The translations under genes were made by a program, and so were the position numbers. Below, one piece after another: positions 11,001 to 19,332 of a stretch of DNA of 64,000 nucleotides. The stretch is from a virus: IMG/VR virus record IMGVR_UViG_3300021425_000006; one strand, written 5' to 3'. Under the pieces are notes generated by a model, which saw only the letters and a list, made by a program, of their open reading frames with translations, was not told where the DNA came from and did no database searches. Position 1 is the first letter of the stretch, and each line of letters begins with the position of its first letter.

Positions 11001-13421
11001 GCAGGTATAGGACTATTTGGTATAATTGACACATATGATGCAGGTACAAAACGTGCAACAGTAGTTAAGGTATCAGATGGTACAGCAGGTTGGGATCACG
11101 TTGTTCCAGGAACAACATTTGCTGCTCCTAACTCTACATCAACATATCAAATTGAACCAGCAGCAATATTTACAGCACCGCCACAGTCAAATACACAAAG
11201 AACGCTTAGTGGTGCAACAGAAGTACAAGATGCTGTATTTGTAGAAACATCAGCACAGTACACAGGAGTAGCAACAGTTACTGAATCAGACGGTACTGGT
11301 GCAACATTTGATATTACTAGAAACGGCGAAAAGTATTATGTTACATTAAATAATGCAGGATCTGGTTATGGTAGATTAAACCACTGTGAAATTCCAGGAA
11401 CTTCATTAGGTGGCGCAACACCTGCAAATGATATTACTATTACAATTACAACAATTAACGCAGCCACAGGTGCTATTGTTGATTTTGACTTTACTGGAAT
11501 AGGACAAAAAGGTAGATTTGTTGCAATACCAACTAGTGGAACAGGTGGCCTCAAAAGTGTTGACGGCATTACTTGGACAGCAGAAGCGTTACCAACTCCA
11601 GGATCAGGTTCATACGAATCAATAGCAACTGGATTATTAGATGACGGATCAAGTGTTTACAAAACAAGTGCTGTAGTTGCTGTATGTGCAGGAGATAATA
11701 CAGCGGCATATAGCGTTGATGGAGATACTTGGGCAACTAGTAGTTTACCAGCTGGACTAGCATCTGCAGGCTCTAAGAGCATAGCATTTGGTAATGTTGG
11801 CACTAACGATAATAGATTTGTTGTAACAAGTGTAGGCGATAGAGATGTTGCATTTAGCCAAGACGCAGGTTTAACTTGGTCGCTAAGTTCAAATGCATTG
11901 CCAGCAACTGGATACAATCTAGTAAGATACGGAAAAGGATTGTTTGTTGCAATGAAAACTGGAACTAACGAGACAGTATGGAGTGCAGACGGTGTTACAT
12001 GGAGTGCAGGTGCAGGCTTATCTACAGATACATGGACTGACCTAGTTTGGGGTAATGGTCGATTTGTTGCAATAGCAGCAAGTGGAACTAAAGCAGCATA
12101 TAGTTTAGATGGTAAAAACTGGACTGATGCAACATTACCAACTGTTGGAACACCAAGAAATATTGCATACGGACAAGGCGTATTTGTTGTTACATTCCAA
12201 GATGACGCAGATACTATTGTACATTCAGAAAATGGAATACAGTGGACAAGTAAAACTATAACAGCAAATGGAAGTTCAGGATACGGTGCAGTTGTATTTG
12301 GTAATCCAGGACAAGATGGTAAGTTTATATGTCACACATATGACAGTACATCGGTTGCTGAAGAAGTTAAAGTTGGAGCAACAGCAAGAGGAAGAGCAGC
12401 GATTGCAAACGAAAAACTGTTCCAAATTAATATTGAAGAACCAGGAAGCGGCTACACTAGTGCGCCAACAATTACAATTACTGATCCAAACAACATTACA
12501 GATGTTGAATTACAGGTAAGAGTTGGTAACGGTGCAATAGCAAATCCAACATTTATAAATAGAGGAACAAGTTTTACAACAGCTACAGCTTCTGTTAACG
12601 CAGAAGGAAGTAACGGTAAAGCAGACTTCTTCCAAAACGGAGCATACATTGCTGTTAAGAGATTAACATCAACTCCAGTTCCAGGATCGAACGTTGTAAT
12701 TGCTGGAATACCTGACAAGTTCTTTAAACTTGTTAGTACAGTAAGTTTAACTGGCGTTAACGATGGTTCTAAGAAAGGATTCTTACAACTTAGTCCATCA
12801 TTAACAATTAGTGAAGCACCAGCAGACGAAGCAGATACATCAATGCGTATTAGATTTAGTCAGGTACGTTTAACAGGACATGACTTCCTAGATATTGGTA
12901 CTGGTAACTTTGTAGATACTAACTATCCGGGTGTTCCAGTTAATGCACCAGTACAAAGTCAAGAAACAAATGACTTTGACGGTGGTAGAGTATTCTACAC
13001 AGCAACTGACCAAGATGGTAACTTTAGAGTAGGTTCATTGTTTAGTATTGAACAGGCAACTGGTGTTGCAACACTAGATGCTGATGCATTTAATATTGCA
13101 GGACTACAAGAACTATCACTGGGTGAAGTTACACTAGGTGGTAACTCAGCAAGTATTACTGAATTTAGTACAGATCCATTCTTTACAGCAAATTCAGATA
13201 CAGTAGTTCCGACACAAAGAGCTGTAAAAGCGTATATTGAAGCTCAAATTGGTGGTGGTGGTGCATCGCTAAACGTGAACTCAGTAACAGCAGGCGACAT
13301 ATTTATTAACACCAATCAGATAACAACGGTGTCTGGAGAAACGATAAATATCAAAGCAAACGTTAACTTTAGTGGAAGTGTTCTTGGCTTACCACTAGCA
13401 TTAAATTACATGTTAAGATAA
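5049..13421 (+). CDS. Giant virion/fibre protein, 2790 aa (7 CBM-like repeats, cupredoxin-like insert, 6 helical (K/I)CxRD repeats, beta-helix, Asp-box propeller)
   Basis: Repeat motifs visible in translation; shares SLDPGWGP, SNDFTQV.SDGIGAW, GHDFLDIGTG, TDQDGNFR with the upstream paralogue. Confidence 0.8.
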   Translation: MAEFKLGRIRFVWKNNWTTGTTYYKDDVIAFGGKVYICVEGHSSAADFFTDLNIVPSKWNLVSDGQSWLGEWAHSTSYVNNNIVKYGSKLYICQTNHTSTTISGTVTRAVTVAVNTQSPGNNVFVLDGTQYPSIQFQHGKTYEFTQDDASNVTHPFLFSTTKNGTHGAGTEYTTGVKYYIDGAEVDDSAAYIAAFDTATNRKITIEPTASTPETLYYYCYNHSNMSIDSEIDIINYGIEADLGNWQTFAEGLDWKGDWTAGYQYRNNDFVKYGGASYVCKTPHTSQASGLETDQANWELLNKGFDYRSEWVASKKYLENDVVRYGAGLWISIANHTSSSAFATDSANWEKFVEGFQYEAEWTWEGSYQTGDVVRYGGNQYIAKQDNTDKIPPLEPTNWDLFSEGFKFIGDWGADSSQYEHKVGDVVRLGGFTYRCILDHQNQQPPNALYWERLNSGFEWRGEWIDEQEYFEGDVVRYGDSSYVCILGHISEGDDYSSDQVGAQGSRPDLADSGQYWSALAIGTEQSVLTTTGDLVYYSGSAPTRLPIGKDGQVLQVNADALPEWAFLGASEDVYYVAEHGKDEPAPIYGQSIDRPFKTIKYAAQQVEQGAKNPEAAKLLELNRRFIQREIVEWTDYQITNNTAPFTSSFTYESSKCERDMGLIVDAIIHDIKHGGNVRSREAALSYVNETAGSPYLTQKAETVASINYGLTVINNVLAQTDPSVNYQTTNGDNSTAVVSQYKDELLGAEPVNADIAANVKIITDAITAGVDTNIPARVINNTLIKVSTGRYIEVLPIIVPAECCIIGDELRAVTVEPRTADNAVLTPKGDFKYTFKGLERMADIVGDIVTGQTVTPTTGNTQSQNQTWPYAETTVVGPEVTRLARSVNDRINVGLGEKRNGNLPTFHTMSDTSAGRARDLVLRNKEFIQAETVAYIADQYPNLNYSRTKCKQDVGLILDSIAYDLTYGGNWMSETAGLAYYNGASGVLQIDSTEKAATIATYGIIKAHSQTVSRDLAVSPTYQSTVTQVSGIGGDAGDATTIGNLFDDIIDIVDNGPSNSSITYPVVTGAAAGLQSAATTLASKKTEIGEQTIDFINNNFGSFKYNSAICRRDLTNIITDVMFDAALGTNYNGVYNGIAYTRPINAYNLANQRVETIGAIRKARDLVLAITSDATAETRIQSSMNEIVDIINNNTGPAVPGDGIADTLSFPSPSGVDQNRVDAKDNLVANREFIKADVVAYVNNNTPPVGYDQAKCARDVGYIVDAMCYDVLYGGTMAATRITESYFGIFGAIYPDGQVTETVAAYNHMSTLLGLIVQESSVTAQSGNSEVQTTLGTPASATEANSIAAGMTIITDALTAGNTDSVPAVVYPDVTWASSAIQSDKTDVDTARPATILSVLQFITDTYNDFKYDHAKCTRDIGLIIDAAAYDWQLGTNYASLITALSYLRAPSSKVVGDQKTATIAANEFAKTLAVQNVGGEADAIAGINTTWQIVQDTLFAGAAEGGMKSVNDQEVFNAIRQLELNKDFIADEVVAYVNDYFSDTVTATAVVVGGSAGGTDSNRLTVTSTAWLDEGMEVKLTNTNSILENSSLFLPNTKYYVKEIISGTQFSLSNSVDGTEVAVDNPWSGSIKIEKAYVYSEAICKRDVKEYVNAMKWDLEWAQTWKRQYKIGNTENALTFYRPGIYKTLLAARYYVNSVIGSQEEDFYYLRNGTGLRLMSMKGLKGDLGPANEFGTQRPTAGAYASLDPGWGPNDQRVWITARSPYVQNCTTFGFGATGQKIDGALHAGGNDSIVSNDFTQVISDGIGAWITNNGRAELVSVFTYYSHVGYLAENGGRIRATNGNNSYGKYGSSAEGVDPTEVPVTAVIDNASQYNATISGVNTNNNEILNVEFSHAGNDYTEALLEFFGPGTNEEVLADEYRDGAMFQTRIIETTPDTAGGTGYTSVSNVAQSGGTTYVDLSSTDGNVSSAYIGMRVQIIGGAGIGLFGIIDTYDAGTKRATVVKVSDGTAGWDHVVPGTTFAAPNSTSTYQIEPAAIFTAPPQSNTQRTLSGATEVQDAVFVETSAQYTGVATVTESDGTGATFDITRNGEKYYVTLNNAGSGYGRLNHCEIPGTSLGGATPANDITITITTINAATGAIVDFDFTGIGQKGRFVAIPTSGTGGLKSVDGITWTAEALPTPGSGSYESIATGLLDDGSSVYKTSAVVAVCAGDNTAAYSVDGDTWATSSLPAGLASAGSKSIAFGNVGTNDNRFVVTSVGDRDVAFSQDAGLTWSLSSNALPATGYNLVRYGKGLFVAMKTGTNETVWSADGVTWSAGAGLSTDTWTDLVWGNGRFVAIAASGTKAAYSLDGKNWTDATLPTVGTPRNIAYGQGVFVVTFQDDADTIVHSENGIQWTSKTITANGSSGYGAVVFGNPGQDGKFICHTYDSTSVAEEVKVGATARGRAAIANEKLFQINIEEPGSGYTSAPTITITDPNNITDVELQVRVGNGAIANPTFINRGTSFTTATASVNAEGSNGKADFFQNGAYIAVKRLTSTPVPGSNVVIAGIPDKFFKLVSTVSLTGVNDGSKKGFLQLSPSLTISEAPADEADTSMRIRFSQVRLTGHDFLDIGTGNFVDTNYPGVPVNAPVQSQETNDFDGGRVFYTATDQDGNFRVGSLFSIEQATGVATLDADAFNIAGLQELSLGEVTLGGNSASITEFSTDPFFTANSDTVVPTQRAVKAYIEAQIGGGGASLNVNSVTAGDIFINTNQITTVSGETINIKANVNFSGSVLGLPLALNYMLR

Positions 13422-13438
13422 CATTAGGAGAAAACAAA

Positions 13439-13759
13439 ATGGCAACAGGAATTTTAGGAACAGCAGATTTAAGTGCAAATACAGATACAACTGTATACAC
13501 TGTACCTGCTAGTACATTTGCAGTAGTAACTGTTAGTGTATCAAATAGATCAGCAAATAACAGAGCTGTTCGTGTAGCATTAGCTGCTTCAGGAACACCA
13601 ACTAATGCAGAGTATATTGAATTTGACTCACAGTTAATTGGTAATGGTGTACTTGAAAGAGGCGGAATTGTTATTGATGCGAGCAAAAATATTGTATGTA
13701 GATGCGACAGTACAGATGTAAGTGTTGTAGTATACGGTATTGAAACCTCAACAGTTTAA
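13439..13759 (+). CDS. Small beta-rich virion protein
   Basis: AGGAG SD; beta-strand composition; fibre-gene context; TAAATA at 13345-13350. Confidence 0.6.
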   Translation: MATGILGTADLSANTDTTVYTVPASTFAVVTVSVSNRSANNRAVRVALAASGTPTNAEYIEFDSQLIGNGVLERGGIVIDASKNIVCRCDSTDVSVVVYGIETSTV

Positions 13760-13770
13760 GGAGAATAATA

Positions 13771-14682
13771 ATGCGTAGAATTACAACAGGTGTACAGGGT
13801 GGTCCGGTTTTAGGTACATTCACTGCCAAAGAGAATAACTTACAAACTATTGAAGACAATGTCGATATGGTGCTCGACCCAAACGGAACTGGTGAAGTAA
13901 AAGCTGCGAAACATGTTCAAATTAATGGTGAAAAAAGTTTAAAATTAGCAGATGCAGCAAGTAGTAATTATGCTGGGTTTAAAGCACCAAGCACTTTAGG
14001 AGGCAGTTATACATTAACTATGCCATCAGCATTACCATCAGCAAATGGTTATGCAATAACAAGTGATACAAGTGGTAACTTGTCATTTGGGGATATTAGT
14101 TTTGAAACAACAAACCAAACAGGAGACTCGGGCACCTATTACGTTGCCATAATGGATGATGCCGATGCTAATGATGGTAGTGTTACAGGCTTAAATTATA
14201 GTGGCGGAAAACTGTCATTTGTTCCTGCATCTGGTATGTTATCAGCAACAGCAATTACTACAACCGCTAATAGTAGCTTAGGTGGTACTACAACAATAAG
14301 CACTATTGACTGTAATGGCGGTAATATTGATGGTACAACAATTGGCGGGGCATCTAGAGCTGCTGGTAGTTTTACTACAATGACAGCAACTAGTATTGTA
14401 GAGGATTCAAGTATTGCTCTTAAAGAAAACGTTAATCCTATTACTAATGCATTAGAAAATGTATTAAAATTATCAGGTGTTACATATGATCGTAAAGACG
14501 GAAGTACAAAGGACGAAGCTGGATTAATTGCAGAAGATGTTTATAATGTATTGCCAAACCTAGTTAAACTAGATGATGCTGGTAAACCACTTGGTATTAA
14601 CTATACCAAACTTACAGCATATTTGATTGAGTCTGTTAAAACATTAACAAACGAAATCGCTGAATTGAAAAAAAGTAAATAG
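13771..14682 (+). CDS. Tail fibre protein with C-terminal intramolecular chaperone (peptidase S74-like)
   Basis: SSIALKENVNPI...GLIAEDV...P.LV...INYTKL.AYLIES.K.L pattern at C-terminus. Confidence 0.85.
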   Translation: MRRITTGVQGGPVLGTFTAKENNLQTIEDNVDMVLDPNGTGEVKAAKHVQINGEKSLKLADAASSNYAGFKAPSTLGGSYTLTMPSALPSANGYAITSDTSGNLSFGDISFETTNQTGDSGTYYVAIMDDADANDGSVTGLNYSGGKLSFVPASGMLSATAITTTANSSLGGTTTISTIDCNGGNIDGTTIGGASRAAGSFTTMTATSIVEDSSIALKENVNPITNALENVLKLSGVTYDRKDGSTKDEAGLIAEDVYNVLPNLVKLDDAGKPLGINYTKLTAYLIESVKTLTNEIAELKKSK

Positions 14683-14694
14683 GGAGTAAGCCTA

Positions 14695-15657
14695 GTGGCA
14701 ACTTTAAAGAACACAGTTATAAACTCAACTAATCAGACTACCCTTCCTAAAGGTACAACAGCCCAACGCCCTTCTAATCCAGGCGACGGTGCTATGAGAT
14801 TTAATACCGACTTAGGATATGTTGAATATTATTTTAAGGGATTTTGGGCAGATGTTAGAACGGGTCAAGGCGCATTTATGCGTAGGAACTGTGTTATGCA
14901 TTTAGATGCTACATTGCCAGAATCGTATCCAGGTAACGGAAGTGTATGGTATGACCTGTCAGGTAATGCTAACAATATGAATGTTGCAACTAATGCTTGG
15001 CAAAATAGTTCGTTAGGAACAGGCCCGCACATTAAAGGAACTACTACTACTAATGAAGGTGATCAAAATTATGGTGTAGACGGGTACTTTGATTTTAATG
15101 GTAGTTATGGTCAAGCTAAGACAGCTTCTGATATCTCACTAGAGGGTGATGTAACATATTATTGTGTTTCAAGAGTAAAAACTAGCACAAGTGAGTGGAG
15201 AACACTCACAAGATCTTACAGTGCTGATCATCATGTAATAATACGAAGTGGCGCTTATAATGTTGGTACGTATGACAACAATAGTTCCGGCTTTATCGAC
15301 AGTGGTGCAAATCAAGACACACAATTTCCTTGTTACAGTAGCGATCAGTATACTGGTACTTCTAGCGGAAGTACTATGAGAATGTTTGCTGTTTATGCAT
15401 GGAGTTGGAGTAATAGTGATAATCCAACATATAAGTTTTTTATTAATGGATTTCTTGCAGGAACTATAACAAACTCAAACGCAAGATATAATAGAGGATT
15501 TGGTTCTTTAGGCGGATATCATAGTGGTAGTACTAGTGTTACTACTGGTAGCCAGTACTGGGGAGATATTAAGTTTTTCTCAGCACACTCTGATAGACAT
15601 ACCGACGAAGAAATTAGAAACAATACGCACTCTTTAAGACATAGATTTGGAATATAA
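14695..15657 (+). CDS. Fibre/adhesin with LamG/concanavalin-like domain
   Basis: N-terminal LPKGTTAQRP...GAMRFNTD anchor; HLDA...SYPGNGSVWYDLSGN; GTG start after GGGAG. Confidence 0.7.
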   Translation: MATLKNTVINSTNQTTLPKGTTAQRPSNPGDGAMRFNTDLGYVEYYFKGFWADVRTGQGAFMRRNCVMHLDATLPESYPGNGSVWYDLSGNANNMNVATNAWQNSSLGTGPHIKGTTTTNEGDQNYGVDGYFDFNGSYGQAKTASDISLEGDVTYYCVSRVKTSTSEWRTLTRSYSADHHVIIRSGAYNVGTYDNNSSGFIDSGANQDTQFPCYSSDQYTGTSSGSTMRMFAVYAWSWSNSDNPTYKFFINGFLAGTITNSNARYNRGFGSLGGYHSGSTSVTTGSQYWGDIKFFSAHSDRHTDEEIRNNTHSLRHRFGI

Positions 15658-15660
15658 CAC

Positions 15661-16698
15661 ATGGCACAACTATTAGATACAAATTTTAATGATACTGGAT
15701 ATTTAAGATTACCTGTAGGAACTGATGCTGATAGACCAGCAAACGAAGTAGGTGCAGTAAGATTAAATAGTAATTTAGGAATCGTTGAATATTGGGACGG
15801 TTATGCTTGGGCATCTAACAGTGTTGCATTTCCGCATAGAACAATTATTACTACATCATATGTACTTGGTGGATACAAAAGTGCAGCTGTTTGGAATAAT
15901 GTTAATAAGTGTTTTAATTCTACTGATACTACAATTAATCTAGGCGATGGCACTTTAGAAAGAGCATTTAACTATCAATGGGGAGCATGTAGTAAAGATT
16001 ATACGTATGTCTTTGGTGCAGGTAATGCTCACGTTGCAAGCTCAAACTATGTTATTGCTTTCAATATGAGAACAGAAACTAATGCTACTGATATTTCACG
16101 TAATTTAAGTTATAATAGAATACGTTTAGGTGGAGTTTTCCAAGAAGATGTACTTGCATTTACTGTTGGCGGAGGATCTGCTAATATTGAAGAATACAAC
16201 ATGGTTACAAAATCAGTTGTGAGCGTACTTAGTCCTACGTATACTTCAGCTTCAGCTTGGGGTGCTAGTCATGAAACTTATGGCATTATGTTTACGTCTA
16301 ACGATAATAGAAACTTTACATTTGCAACAAGAACACTTACATCTAGAGGCGGCACTACAATAAGTAATCACCACCAACAGAAATCAATACAGAGTAAACA
16401 CAACTATGCATGGTGCGGCGCTAATGGGTCTTACCAAGGCGGCTATACGTATCGAAAAACTAATTTTATTACTAATAGTACATCAGGAACTGTAAATAAA
16501 CCTCTTGGTAATTGCGGTGAAGAAAACTATACAATGGGTCAAGACCATCAGTATATGCTAGGACAATATAACGGACTACAGAATAACTTATCACACAGAT
16601 GGAATTATAATACAGATTCAGGCTTCCAGTTAGGCGCATCAGGCGAACCTAAAGGTAAAGCAGGAATGAGTAGTGCTGTGTGCGGATGGAACAACTAA
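15661..16698 (+). CDS. Fibre/adhesin with Kelch-like beta-propeller
   Basis: Same N-terminal anchor (YLRLPVGT..RP); YVLGGY, YVFGAG, FTVGGG blade motifs. Confidence 0.6.
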   Translation: MAQLLDTNFNDTGYLRLPVGTDADRPANEVGAVRLNSNLGIVEYWDGYAWASNSVAFPHRTIITTSYVLGGYKSAAVWNNVNKCFNSTDTTINLGDGTLERAFNYQWGACSKDYTYVFGAGNAHVASSNYVIAFNMRTETNATDISRNLSYNRIRLGGVFQEDVLAFTVGGGSANIEEYNMVTKSVVSVLSPTYTSASAWGASHETYGIMFTSNDNRNFTFATRTLTSRGGTTISNHHQQKSIQSKHNYAWCGANGSYQGGYTYRKTNFITNSTSGTVNKPLGNCGEENYTMGQDHQYMLGQYNGLQNNLSHRWNYNTDSGFQLGASGEPKGKAGMSSAVCGWNN

Positions 16699-16709
16699 AG
16701 GAATAATAA

Positions 16710-17801
16710 ATGGCAACGTTAAAGAACAGTCACATTAACGATTCAGGATACTTAAGAGTACCTAGGGGAACTACTGGACAAAGATCAAACAATCCAGAAG
16801 GTGCATTACGTTATAACACTGACAAAGGTGCAGTTGAATATTATTCCACACTTCATAATAGTGCTTGGCAAGACTTTACAATTCCTTGGTATACAAGACA
16901 AATTGTTACAGCCGGTTATGTTATGGGTGGATACAAAAGTTCAGCTGTTTGGAAAAACGTAAACAGAACAGACCATTCGACAGATACTTCTACTGACTTA
17001 GGAGACTTATTAGATAGAACAGGAAACTATAAAGCTGGTGCTGTAGGACTAGACAGGGCGTTCTATTTTGGAACAACAAACGCACACAATGCTAGTGGTA
17101 ATATTACTAGTGGATTTAGTATGCGTACAGATACAGCATTTGCATGTCAAGCAGGTTCTAATATGGCTAATAGTAGAGGTCATATGGGAGCAATATTTAA
17201 AGAACACTTAGCAACTTGGATTACAGGTGGCGGAAGATCAGATGTTGAACGATTTGACAATATTACAGAAATAATGTATGCTAGACCAGGTCTAAGTACT
17301 ACAGCCGGCCAGGGCGGATCAACAGCAGGCGGACCTTGGGGTATTAGTGCAGAAAACTATGGAACATGGTATATGGGCGAAGGTTATAGTGGCACAGTTT
17401 ATTGCTGGAATTTCCAATTTGCAAGTGAGACATTATTATCAAGAAGTGGTACACAACCAGGATATCATTTCCAACAAAAGTCTATAGCTTCTAAATTAGT
17501 TCACGGGTATGCCGGAAACAACGGAAGCTGGGCAGGCGGCTACACATATCGTAGAACTAATCATCTTACAGATACAACAGCAAGTGGAAGTTATATGAAT
17601 AAAGCATATACTAACTGTGGTGAAGAAAACTACACGTTAGGCAATGATAAATCATATATGTTAGGACAATACAACGGACTACAAAATAACTTAGCTGCTA
17701 AATTTGTATACGCAACAGAAACCCAAACACAGGGTGCATCATCAATGGAGCCTAAAGGGCCAGCTGGACGAAGTTCAGGTTTCGGCGCTTGGAGAGCGTA
17801 G
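16710..17801 (+). CDS. Fibre/adhesin with Kelch-like beta-propeller, paralogue of 15661-16698
   Basis: Shares GGYKS.AVW.NVN, HxQQKS, NCGEENYT, YMLGQYNGLQNNL, EPKG.AG.SS. Confidence 0.6.
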   Translation: MATLKNSHINDSGYLRVPRGTTGQRSNNPEGALRYNTDKGAVEYYSTLHNSAWQDFTIPWYTRQIVTAGYVMGGYKSSAVWKNVNRTDHSTDTSTDLGDLLDRTGNYKAGAVGLDRAFYFGTTNAHNASGNITSGFSMRTDTAFACQAGSNMANSRGHMGAIFKEHLATWITGGGRSDVERFDNITEIMYARPGLSTTAGQGGSTAGGPWGISAENYGTWYMGEGYSGTVYCWNFQFASETLLSRSGTQPGYHFQQKSIASKLVHGYAGNNGSWAGGYTYRRTNHLTDTTASGSYMNKAYTNCGEENYTLGNDKSYMLGQYNGLQNNLAAKFVYATETQTQGASSMEPKGPAGRSSGFGAWRA

Positions 17802-17855
17802 TCTAGTTAAATACTCGTATAAGTAATACTTGATATTATTTTTTAGGAGATATAA

Positions 17856-18749
17856 ATGACAGACAACAATATTGACAAAAAAGTCGATAGACAACAGCAG
17901 TATTTTAGTGATGCGCCAACAATGCCACTAACTACTAATGTAGATCAATTATCAGAAAAAGATAAAGAAACATTAAGTTCTGCTTATAATAAGCAATGGA
18001 CTAATCCAAAATTTAAACTAAAATGGTTTGTTGGACAAACACAAATTACCCCATTTGCAAAATTACGTCAGTGGATGTTAGAACTTAGAAGTAGGGAAGA
18101 ATCATTACAACAAATTTTGTACGATAATCAAAAGTGGGAAGTTGAACGAGATCGCAATCAATGGATTGCTGATAATACTGAAGATCAATTTGATAAAAGA
18201 TTAGCACAAATTGAAGCTGATAACGAATCTAAAAATTTAGATCAGTCTCGTAAAAAACTACGTGAATATTATCTTGAAAGACAAAATCTAATTGACCTTA
18301 TTAATGAGTTTTTAGAGTCAGACGAAGCATTACTTCCAGATGGTTCAGGCAGAACTTATATGGATATTCTAAACACTGAAGAAGAAGATGTATACGAAGC
18401 AGAGTATTGGACAAATAGATTAGCAAAACAAGCATCAGCAGATCTAGTATTCTATGGCAGAATTAATACAGGAAACATGGATGCTATTTTAAGTATGGCT
18501 CCAGAACAACAAACTGAAACATTAGGACTTGCCCTTAGTTATGCATCTCAGTTACAACAGGTTCAAACTAACTTGCAACTTGAAGTAGACGAAAAATTAA
18601 AGTTGGGAGCTCAACCAACTAAAGATTTGCTAACTCCGCAGCCGATGCAAGAACAGATAACCGAGCAAGAACCAGGGCAGGCTTTTGACAGAGATACTTT
18701 TGAGCCAGTTAACAATAAGGATGACGACTTTGATTTATATAATTCATGA
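17856..18749 (+). CDS. Hypothetical helical/coiled-coil protein
   Basis: 297-aa ORF, AGGAG SD, TAAATA at 17808-17813. Confidence 0.7.
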   Translation: MTDNNIDKKVDRQQQYFSDAPTMPLTTNVDQLSEKDKETLSSAYNKQWTNPKFKLKWFVGQTQITPFAKLRQWMLELRSREESLQQILYDNQKWEVERDRNQWIADNTEDQFDKRLAQIEADNESKNLDQSRKKLREYYLERQNLIDLINEFLESDEALLPDGSGRTYMDILNTEEEDVYEAEYWTNRLAKQASADLVFYGRINTGNMDAILSMAPEQQTETLGLALSYASQLQQVQTNLQLEVDEKLKLGAQPTKDLLTPQPMQEQITEQEPGQAFDRDTFEPVNNKDDDFDLYNS

Positions 18750-19263
18750 AACAATCTCGGGTAATGATCCTCGCTGGTTGCCCGGCATGGAGAGAATTGG
18801 AGATTTTTGGAGTTATACTGTAAGCACAGCACCCGACGGAACCTTTGTTGATTGGTTAAATGGTGCTGTTGTTCCAGAAAAAGTAGCAAAGTCATATAAG
18901 TTTGTAACAGCACTAAACGGAGAAATACCAGTAGCAAAGAAAACTGATATATACGAACAAATTGTTCAAGATACCGGTGATACACATACTGAAGAAGGTC
19001 CTAAATTTTATTACGAGTTGTCTGAGCAAGATACTAATAACGGCCTTCAGTTTTTAAAGACTGTTATGAATTTGCACATTAAAAATAAATTAGATGCAAA
19101 CAATGGATACATTCCTGCGTTAACTAAAATGGGCAATGAAGTTACTACATTAGATGAATGTCAGCGTTTGATGTATAATTATTTTGAGTGTAATTTCCCT
19201 GCAACTAATTTAACTCCTCGTACTCCAACATTTAAAGTTAATTGGTCCGAAAAAGAAACATAA
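18721..19263 (+). CDS. Hypothetical protein
   Basis: In-frame ATG at 18721 preceded by TAAGG is a more plausible start than 18685. Confidence 0.6.
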   Translation: MTTLIYIIHETISGNDPRWLPGMERIGDFWSYTVSTAPDGTFVDWLNGAVVPEKVAKSYKFVTALNGEIPVAKKTDIYEQIVQDTGDTHTEEGPKFYYELSEQDTNNGLQFLKTVMNLHIKNKLDANNGYIPALTKMGNEVTTLDECQRLMYNYFECNFPATNLTPRTPTFKVNWSEKET

Positions 19264-19269
19264 TTCAAC

Positions 19270-19298
19270 TTGACACGGAACGCATTATATGCTATACT
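19270..19298 (+). promoter_or_regulatory. sigma70-type promoter with extended -10
   Basis: TTGACA(19270-75)-17 nt-TATACT(19293-98), with TG at 19290-91. Confidence 0.8.
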
Positions 19299-19332
19299 AA
19301 GTATAAAATATAGCTATACTAGTGAGACATGA

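Noticed and set aside
3162-13686. Many short minus-strand and alternate-frame ORFs inside the giant genes (also within sheath, terminase, uvsW, metK)
   Set aside because: Shadow ORFs from codon bias; no SD or recognisable motifs
15661-17801. Diversity-generating retroelement (near-identical patch ggacaatataacggactaca / ggacaatacaacggactaca)
   Set aside because: Similarity is explained by paralogy; no adenine-specific mismatch pattern and no reverse transcriptase in the window
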